Positions 1 to 5,906 are shown, counted from the first letter of the stretch. The stretch: 54,838 bases of DNA from a virus (IMGVR_UViG_3300044981_000022:64001-118838); one strand, 5' to 3'. Program-made: numbers and translations. Notes: a model not told the origin generated them from the letters alone.

Positions 1-1
1 G

Positions 2-274
2 AAAGCTGAAGCGCAAGCGGCAGCAGAAGGATGGTTGCACCGAGCGATAGTAGCGTTGGACATCTTCTTGAACGTAGTTGTTCTACGTGGCAATCAAGGG
101 GAGACCCTCAGTGCGCACATGTGGAGGGCCAGCAACGAGAACCATTTGTGGGGTAAGTTGTGCACCAAATGGCTCAATGGGTTCCAGGATTCACACGGGA
201 TAAAGGCAGCTTGCGGAGATTTGCAGAGATCATCAGCAGAGGTTTCGGTATTGAAAAGAGCTTTAGGTTTATAA
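2..274 (+). CDS. Small phage hypothetical protein, 5'-partial (frame is open to the window edge)
   Basis: Frame of ORF 35..274 stays open to position 2 (KAEAQAAAEGWLHRAIVALD...). The GETLSAH..W...C.WL pattern resembles a common small phage protein family. Confidence 0.6.
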   Translation, partial: KAEAQAAAEGWLHRAIVALDIFLNVVVLRGNQGETLSAHMWRASNENHLWGKLCTKWLNGFQDSHGIKAACGDLQRSSAEVSVLKRALGL

Positions 275-292
275 GTCGTAGCATGGGGCCAT

Positions 293-841
293 ATGAAGAT
301 TTTTCGCAGCTTATTTCTAGCCGGTGTATTGATCTTCGGTGCCGGTGCGATTGCTCAAGATAAACCCGCTCCTATTGTTGAATATGATTTAGGTAGTTGT
401 GGTGGAAGAGATTTTACTGTAGAGCATGTTGTCATAGACAAGAATGCTAAAACAATAGCATTCGACTACTTCATGCCATCACCGGACCAGGTTCAGAAGA
501 ACACTGATATGTTGGTGATGACAGATTATAAAGAAACTGTCTCAAATAACGATGTTGTCTTCGAAGCGAAATTAGATTATACTGATCCGGATGAAAAGAA
601 ATTGTATCATTTCGGATTGAAAGGTGTGATACGCGGTCAACGAGCTATCGCGGTGTTTGCAGTCAACGGAAAGATTGGTAGACTGTATTACGGCCAGCTA
701 GGTAAGGTCGATGACATGGTTAAGGTTGTTTTGGACCGAGCTAGTTTTTGTGATTATCTTCACACAGCAAGAGATAGCGACGATTTGATTGAGAAGTTAA
801 ACGGATTTTTAAATGCTTCGGATGATACCGGAGCAAAATAA
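293..841 (+). CDS. Exported hypothetical protein with Sec-type signal peptide
   Basis: 182 aa; N-terminus MKIFRSLFLAGVLIFGAGAIA-QD has basic, hydrophobic and AxA segments. Confidence 0.7.
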   Translation: MKIFRSLFLAGVLIFGAGAIAQDKPAPIVEYDLGSCGGRDFTVEHVVIDKNAKTIAFDYFMPSPDQVQKNTDMLVMTDYKETVSNNDVVFEAKLDYTDPDEKKLYHFGLKGVIRGQRAIAVFAVNGKIGRLYYGQLGKVDDMVKVVLDRASFCDYLHTARDSDDLIEKLNGFLNASDDTGAK

Positions 842-847
842 TCTTAA

Positions 848-1180
848 TGGTAAGCCGGACAATCGCGGAGCAAATGTAAGTGCGCTTCGAGGAAGTTCAG
901 GACTACACAGACAGAGAGCCGTGGAAGTTGCGGACGCAGTAATGCGATGGGTAAGCCTCGGTAGTTTCACTAGGAAGAGCGGTTTCAGCGAAAGCTGAAA
1001 GGCCCGTGAACGGTGAAATTCATTGGAGCCGGGAAACTCCACTCTCGTAGCAATCTCAAATAGGGCTGGAGCCAGTCTGAGGCGATGATAGCCGGGTTGA
1101 GAGCTTAGACGGATGGTTGTCATTCGCTGTATCTGGGTAAAACCGATTGGCGATACAGAATCCTGGCTATAGGCTAACCA
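848..1180 (+). ncRNA. rnpB: RNase P RNA, bacterial type A-like, phage-encoded
   Basis: CR-I GAGGAAGTTCAGGA (889-902) pairs with CR-V ACAGAATCCTGGCTAT (1155-1170) to form P4. Also seen: P1 TGGTAAGCC/GGCTAACCA, P2 GACAATC/GGTTGTC, P3, P9 CGCA-GTAA-TGCG, P12 TTTCAGC-GAAA-GCTGAAA, the GGGAAACTCCAC...GTAGCAA segment, L15 GGT, and CR-IV AGACGGATG. Confidence 0.92.
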
Positions 1181-1238
1181 GTAAGATATTATATTTGCGT
1201 AAACGGACATATATGGATGTTTAAGCGAATAAGATCGC

Positions 1239-1324
1239 GGAGCGGTGGCGAAATGGTAGACGCACGAGTTTGCTAAACTCGCAACCGCAAGGTTGTGCAG
1301 GTCCAAGTCCTGCTCGCTCCGCCA
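1239..1324 (+). tRNA. tRNA-Ser(GCT)
   Basis: Acceptor GGAGCGG/TCGCTCC, G73, encoded CCA, anticodon loop TT-GCT-AA, long variable arm; T-loop TCCAAGT (C55). Confidence 0.9.
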
Positions 1325-1333
1325 AAATTTTAT

Positions 1334-1422
1334 GGAGTGCGGCGACCGATGGCGGTCAACTGTCTTGAAAACAGCGCCTCGTTACTTTGTAGCGGGACAG
1401 AGTTCGATTCTCTGGCTCTCCT
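1334..1422 (+). tRNA. tRNA-Ser(TGA), atypical (T73, no encoded CCA)
   Basis: Acceptor GGAGTGC/GCTCTCC (one T-T mismatch), D-stem GACC/GGTC, loop CT-TGA-AA, 8-bp variable stem, T-arm CAGAG-TTCGATT-CTCTG. Confidence 0.8.
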
Positions 1423-1423
1423 C

Positions 1424-1510
1424 GGAAGACAGCGCAGACGTTCTGCAAACGGTTTCGAACACCGTGCTATCCTGAAAAGGATAACTGTTAAACTCAGTTC
1501 TCTTCCTCCA
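1424..1510 (+). tRNA. Non-canonical tRNA-Ser(CGA)-like, probable 8/4 (allo-tRNA-like) fold
   Basis: GGAAGACA/TCTCTTCC + T + CCA; D-arm GCAG-ACGTT-CTGC; anticodon arm ACGGT-TTCGAAC-ACCGT; variable arm TATCCT-GAAA-AGGATA; T-arm ACTG-TTAAACT-CAGT. Confidence 0.72.
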
Positions 1511-1551
1511 GTTTCACGGTCCGAGCGTCTAAAAGCGCGGAGACCGCCAAA

Positions 1552-1626
1552 GCATCGGAAACCAATCGGCTAGGTAGAGGTCTGCAAAACTTCTTTTGGT
1601 CAGTCCGACTCTGACCCGGTGCTCCA
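1552..1626 (+). tRNA. tRNA-Cys(GCA)
   Basis: Acceptor GCATCGG/CCGGTGC, T73 (Cys identity), CCA; loop CT-GCA-AA; T-loop TCCGACT (C55). Confidence 0.88.
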
Positions 1627-1633
1627 AGTTTGT

Positions 1634-1708
1634 TGCCATGTCGTCCAAATGTGAGGACAAGCGGCTTTGACCCGCTGAATCCTGGTTAGAATCCAGGCGC
1701 GGCATCCA
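1634..1708 (+). tRNA. tRNA-Gln(TTG) with U19-A56 elbow
   Basis: Acceptor TGCCATG/CGCGGCA, CCA; AGCGG-CTTTGAC-CCGCT; D-loop AAATGTGA; T-loop TTAGAAT. Confidence 0.85.
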
Positions 1709-1716
1709 GTTTCTGT

Positions 1717-1791
1717 TCCAATGTCGTTCAAATGCGAGGACAAACGATTCTGAATCGTTGAATAAAGGTTGGAATCCTTTCGCTGGAACCA
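1717..1791 (+). tRNA. tRNA-Gln(CTG) with C19-G56 elbow
   Basis: Acceptor TCCAATG/CGCTGGA, A73, CCA; AACGA-TTCTGAA-TCGTT; D-loop AAATGCGA; T-loop TTGGAAT. Confidence 0.85.
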
Positions 1792-1905
1792 AATTAGCCA
1801 TCGTAAGTCTGGTAGTTCGGGAAAACGCGAGTGGGATCGCCCGAACGAAAAGGACTCCATCGTCTTAGTAGATACGATGCCCACTCCATATTTTAGTTAT
1901 CGACA

Positions 1906-2151
1906 ATGAGAAAACTATCTGAATTGTCGAGAGCATACGGCCCTCGTACATTGTGTTGCCAAGAAAGTTACAACCACTGCTTGTGCAAGACAGCTATGAT
2001 TGATCCCGATGTAGAGTTTTTCTCTACCAAAGAACAAAAGATAGTTATCATCAAAGAACTACCAAAAGATTTAAATCACGGCGGCACTCCTGTAACAGGT
2101 GAGGAACTTCAACCGTGGGTGGCAAAAGTCAAAGCAAGATTCGGGAGATAG
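1906..2151 (+). CDS. Hypothetical protein (start uncertain)
   Basis: 81-aa ORF filling the gap within the tRNA array; no recognisable motif. Confidence 0.4.
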   Translation: MRKLSELSRAYGPRTLCCQESYNHCLCKTAMIDPDVEFFSTKEQKIVIIKELPKDLNHGGTPVTGEELQPWVAKVKARFGR

Positions 2152-2152
2152 A

Positions 2153-2284
2153 ATGCACTTTATCAGAGCACTAGAGATTTTGGGTTTGTTATTTGCAGGT
2201 GGAGTTGCAACATCTTTCGCTGAGTATAAATTTCAGTATTCGTTGTTTATGACAATTGCTCAGTTATTCGGTAAAAAGTTTTAA
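2153..2284 (+). CDS. Small membrane peptide
   Basis: ATG at 2153 after a GGGAG RBS; MHFIRALEILGLLFAGGVATSFA is hydrophobic. Confidence 0.55.
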   Translation: MHFIRALEILGLLFAGGVATSFAEYKFQYSLFMTIAQLFGKKF

Positions 2285-2293
2285 AAGTTTAAT

Positions 2294-2382
2294 CGGGGCG
2301 TAGGTTCGTAACTTGGTAGCGATCCGCTTTTGGAAAGCGGTGCGGAAACGCCTTGGAGGTTCAAATCCTTCCGTCCCGACCA
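2294..2382 (+). tRNA. tRNA-Pro(TGG) with long variable arm
   Basis: C1-G72, A73, CCA (Pro identity); CCGCT-TTTGGAA-AGCGG; extra arm GCG-GAAA-CGC; T-loop TTCAAAT. Confidence 0.85.
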
Positions 2383-2391
2383 TTTTATTAT

Positions 2392-2471
2392 CCGGGAATA
2401 GTGAGTTACAAGTGTAGAATACCGAGGATTAGTCTTCGGAGATGCGGCCTAGCGACCCGCGACCTGGACCA
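2392..2471 (+). ncRNA. Degenerate tRNA-like element ending in ACCA
   Basis: 80 nt; partial acceptor CCGGG/CCTGG, central stem CCGAGG/CTTCGG, T-like stem GCGG/CCGC; the anticodon loop is irregular. Confidence 0.45.
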
Positions 2472-2478
2472 GTTTAAT

Positions 2479-2556
2479 CGTGGAGTAGGGAAGCCCGGAG
2501 TTCCCGCTTCTTTCGGAAAGAAGAGAGCGTTGGTTCAAATCCAACTTCCGCGACCA
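2479..2556 (+). tRNA. tRNA-Pro(CGG)
   Basis: Acceptor CGTGGAG/TTCCGCG, A73, CCA; CTTCT-TTCGGAA-AGAAG; 5-bp D-stem GGGAA/TTCCC; T-loop TTCAAAT. Confidence 0.88.
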
Positions 2557-2617
2557 TATCTAAAGCAGTTCAAGCCTCAATCAAAGATTGGGGCTTTTGC
2601 ATTTTCAGGAGACACAG

Positions 2618-3115
2618 ATGCCATTTCCATCAACAGCGGGCGGAACGCCTATAGCAAGAGACCAGTATGTAGATCAGGGAGAAGGCATAGATGTTCTCCA
2701 GATTCTGGGACAGGGCGGCGGAGTTAAGTCTGGACAGTCTCTAACAGGTATTTTTTATGGGTCCGCGATGGGTACAGATAATATCACAGCCCATTCTGGC
2801 GGCGGTCAAGCGAATGCTGTGCCTCTTGTAACCGGCCTGAATCGCGTAACCACAGGCGCGACCGGCGATTCTGTTGTTCTACCTCCTGCTATCAGAGGTA
2901 TGGAAATTGTTGTTGCCAATGATATCGCGGGAACATCAGGAAACGTTATTAACGTGTTTCCAGCTAGTCAAGCTCAAGGCGGAGCAACTGGCGGAGATCA
3001 GATTAATGGCGCAGGTGCTAACGTAGCGTTCGCGTTAGGCTCTTCTAACGACACTGTGCCTATTCCTGTCACAATCTTTTACTGTTTTTCGAACGGCGCT
3101 TGGCGCACTAAGTAA
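2618..3115 (+). CDS. Probable virion structural/decoration protein
   Basis: ATG 2618 after CAGGAG; the TAHSGGGQANA...RVTTGATGDSVVLP motif resembles small phage structural proteins. Confidence 0.6.
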   Translation: MPFPSTAGGTPIARDQYVDQGEGIDVLQILGQGGGVKSGQSLTGIFYGSAMGTDNITAHSGGGQANAVPLVTGLNRVTTGATGDSVVLPPAIRGMEIVVANDIAGTSGNVINVFPASQAQGGATGGDQINGAGANVAFALGSSNDTVPIPVTIFYCFSNGAWRTK

Positions 3116-3119
3116 TTCT

Positions 3120-3151
3120 GCGGGGTCATCTTTTAGGTGGCCCCGCTTTTT
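3120..3151 (+). terminator. Rho-independent terminator
   Basis: GCGGGGTCATC-loop-GGTGGCCCCGC followed by TTTTT right after the stop codon. Confidence 0.8.
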
Positions 3152-3428
3152 GTTGTTTATCGAATTTAATTTTACATTTACCGCACATATGTCGTCTGAA
3201 GATATGGTGGTATAAGATTTTCAATACGTTAGTTTTACAGATCGGGCATCTAATCATGATTCCTCCCGATAAATCTGATTTATCGAGTTAGTTGTAGAAT
3301 ACCACTCTTTTAGAAGTTTGTCTGTTCACTTTTGAACAGTATACATAAGACACGTATTCAAGTGCTCGTAAGCCGGAACATCTCCGACACACTGAACCCT
3401 CTATAGGGAACTGTGTCAGGAGATTTAA

Positions 3429-3701
3429 ATGCCACAATCAGTATCTCAACCGCTTACATTAAATGTAATAGCGGTAACAGCTTTAACAATCGGCACTACC
3501 ACTTTGCCGAATGCTATAGAATTTTCTCCATACTCGCAGCAGCTTGTTGCGATAGGTGGTACGGCACCGTATACATGGTCTATTTCCGCTGGTTCTCTTC
3601 CAGCTGGTTTAACTATGTCATCAGCAGGTTTGATCAGTGGTGTTTCATCTGTATCAGGCTCATTTAGTTTCACAGCACAAGTTGTAGACTCAGGCGCATA
3701 A
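3429..3701 (+). CDS. He_PIG-type (putative Ig) domain protein
   Basis: ALTIGTTTLP...YSQQLVAIGGTAPYTWSISAGSLPAGLTMSSAGLISG...GSFSFTAQVVDS is the typical He_PIG repeat pattern. Confidence 0.85.
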   Translation: MPQSVSQPLTLNVIAVTALTIGTTTLPNAIEFSPYSQQLVAIGGTAPYTWSISAGSLPAGLTMSSAGLISGVSSVSGSFSFTAQVVDSGA

Positions 3702-3725
3702 ATTTAAATAAGGTAGGCAGCGCCG

Positions 3726-5420
3726 ATGTCTCAAACAACTCAAAAAAGTTTCAGTATCGTCGTTGCCTCATCAGAGGCAAAGATGGCAAACGAAATTGTA
3801 ATTCAGTGGAACTCTAGTCCTACTCCGGTTTCAGGGTACAATGTGTATCGTGGAACATTACCGGGTAACGAAGGTTCAACGCCGTACAATGTAGGTCTTG
3901 TAACGGTGGCACCAAATATGGTTCTATCTTCGGTAGCTCCGCTATCTGGAGGTGCACCGTACACAGTAACATCTGTAGCTACATCTACAGGTGGTACTGC
4001 GCTTTACACGGGCACATTTGCTAACGGAGCAGCTAATGCGTTAGCAGGAAAGAATTTTACCATAACAGGATTTACTAATGCGGTAAATAACGGAACATTT
4101 CTATGTACCGGGTCAACAATTTTGACTATCATATTAGTTAACACATCTGCTACAGCAGAGACAGCCACAGCATTTGCTAGTCAAGTTGTTGCTTCGGGTT
4201 CTGCTGTCTATATAGGAAATGTACCAGGTGGCGCATCTAGTGGATTCGCCGGGTTTACATTTGTAATTTCTGGTTATTCAAACGCAGCAAACAACGGTAA
4301 GTTTAACTGTGTTGCAAGCACTGCAACTAGTTTGACATTGTTAAACGCAAATAGTATTGCAGAAACACATAACGCTATAGCTAGTCAAGTTCCTCAGTTT
4401 ACTGATATAGCTGTTTTCCCTGGAAAGGTATACAGTTACGAAGTAACCGCCGTAGCTGGCGGGATTGAGAGTGCCGATTCTATTGGAATTCTTTCGGCTG
4501 CTGTGCCTTTTGGCTTTACACCTATTGCTCCTGAATTAGGAACATTAGATGGGTTCGTTATCTTGGCTGCTACCGCTGTAACAAATACCGGAGCGACAAC
4601 CGCTTCTGGCGATGTCGGTGTATATCCAGGAACATCTATCACAGGGTTCGGAGCGCCCGCTGCTATCAGTGGCGTATTCCATCTAGGTGATTTTGTTGCT
4701 GCTGCCGCCCAAGGTGCTGCTCAACAGTTATATAATACTTTGCAAACTATGACAGTAACAACTCCGATTGTTGCCGATCTAGGTGGTCAGACATTAGTTC
4801 CCGGAGTATATAATTCAGGTAGTTCAATTGGTGTCACAGGAACCTTGACTTTGGATGGCGGTGGAAATCCAAATGCAGTTTGGATATTCCAAGCCGGATC
4901 GAGTCTAACATTTGCTGCAAACACAGTTCTTATTAACGGAGCGCAAGCGGCTAATGTGTTCTGGGTAGTAGGAAGTTCAGCAAGCATTGCGGCAAATAAT
5001 ATTTTTGCTGGAACTATTGTAGCTCAAGCAAGTATTACAGTGCAAACAGGTGCTCAAATTGCTGGACGTTTGTTAGCATTAGGTGGAGCTATAACATTGA
5101 TTGATGACACAATCATTTTGTTCAATGCTGTTCCATTTGCTGGAACATGGCTCCCGCTTACAAATTATGGATTCGGATTAGCAATATTCGATTGCGGAAC
5201 AGATACCTTCCAGAGAGTTTTGGTAGCTGGAATATCTAGTTCAACTAGACCGAATTTTAGTGCTATACCGGGTGCCCAGACAACCGATGGTTCAGTAGTC
5301 TGGGAGGCTTTGTCACCAGCATCTGTAATACTTCAGACACAATTACCTCCGTCACCGCCTAATGTGCCTCCATCAGCACCAGCGGCTCCGACCGGATTGA
5401 TTATTTCGTTAGAAAATTAA
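3726..5420 (+). CDS. Multidomain virion/adhesin protein: FN3-like + beta-barrel repeats + DUF3494 ice-binding-like domain
   Basis: WNSSP..GYNVYRG and YSYEVTAV (FN3); FVILAATAVTNTG...GDVGVYPGTSITGF...DLGGQTLVPGVY...LTLDGGGNPNAVWIFQ...AQAANVFWVVGSSA (DUF3494). Confidence 0.85.
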   Translation: MSQTTQKSFSIVVASSEAKMANEIVIQWNSSPTPVSGYNVYRGTLPGNEGSTPYNVGLVTVAPNMVLSSVAPLSGGAPYTVTSVATSTGGTALYTGTFANGAANALAGKNFTITGFTNAVNNGTFLCTGSTILTIILVNTSATAETATAFASQVVASGSAVYIGNVPGGASSGFAGFTFVISGYSNAANNGKFNCVASTATSLTLLNANSIAETHNAIASQVPQFTDIAVFPGKVYSYEVTAVAGGIESADSIGILSAAVPFGFTPIAPELGTLDGFVILAATAVTNTGATTASGDVGVYPGTSITGFGAPAAISGVFHLGDFVAAAAQGAAQQLYNTLQTMTVTTPIVADLGGQTLVPGVYNSGSSIGVTGTLTLDGGGNPNAVWIFQAGSSLTFAANTVLINGAQAANVFWVVGSSASIAANNIFAGTIVAQASITVQTGAQIAGRLLALGGAITLIDDTIILFNAVPFAGTWLPLTNYGFGLAIFDCGTDTFQRVLVAGISSSTRPNFSAIPGAQTTDGSVVWEALSPASVILQTQLPPSPPNVPPSAPAAPTGLIISLEN

Positions 5421-5455
5421 CAGGAGAGGGGACAGAACATGTCCCCTCAACTTTT

Positions 5456-5788
5456 ATGTTAATAAATACTATTCAAGAGCAGCAGCGTCTTGTAAATCTT
5501 CGTCGGGAAGAAGCTAAGAAAAGAAATGCGGTAGAAAAACAAGTAGTCGCTTCGGAACAAACAGAAGTTACACTTGAACAAGCTCATAGACAAGCAGAGC
5601 GACTTCTTATTCATATCTCAGTCGTAGATCAGAGCGGTAAGATAGATGGGAATCAAACGCATTCTGTTCGAACTCAACTATCAGCATTGTGCGTTTATAC
5701 TCCGCAAGGAGTTGTAAAATGGCAGGAAACGTATAAAGCATTTCAGAAATTTTTGACAGATAGACATATAAATTATACTGTTAGATAG
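5456..5788 (+). CDS. Hypothetical protein
   Basis: 110-aa ORF in the operon direction; coiled-coil-like N-terminus. Confidence 0.55.
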   Translation: MLINTIQEQQRLVNLRREEAKKRNAVEKQVVASEQTEVTLEQAHRQAERLLIHISVVDQSGKIDGNQTHSVRTQLSALCVYTPQGVVKWQETYKAFQKFLTDRHINYTVR

Positions 5789-5906
5789 CCTATGCTCTTT
5801 CTTCGATTTGTAGCAACAAGATTGTGTCCTGTTTGTCATCGAGTGCTTATCCAACACGAGCACGGCGAACAAGTGAAGTGTAAATGCGGTTGGACGTGGC
5901 GTTAAT

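Noticed and set aside
1334-1422. tRNA-Sec or opal suppressor
   Set aside because: The loop is CT-TGA-AA (anticodon UGA, reads Ser UCA), not CT-TCA-AA; acceptor/T stems are 7/5, and no sel genes are present.
1517-1549. Amber suppressor tRNA and stop-codon recoding
   Set aside because: CTA occurs only in a mini-hairpin loop without anticodon-loop geometry; long genes read through under code 11 and TAG ends real genes (e.g. MCP at 27421).
1800-1888. tmRNA or SRP RNA
   Set aside because: No TLD with GG-A...TTCRA-TCC-ACCA, no tag ORF, and no SRP helix-8 motif seen.
809-2727. ORF-track entries over the RNA region (809..1306-, 813..998, 1293..1475, 1295..1573, 1529..1801-, 1600..1884-, 2353..2727)
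   Set aside because: They overlap the RNase P RNA and tRNAs, lack RBSs and have no protein-like features; chance ORFs.
5753-5779. Sigma70 promoter TTGACA...TATACT
   Set aside because: Spacer is only 15 bp and it lies within a coding region; insufficient support.
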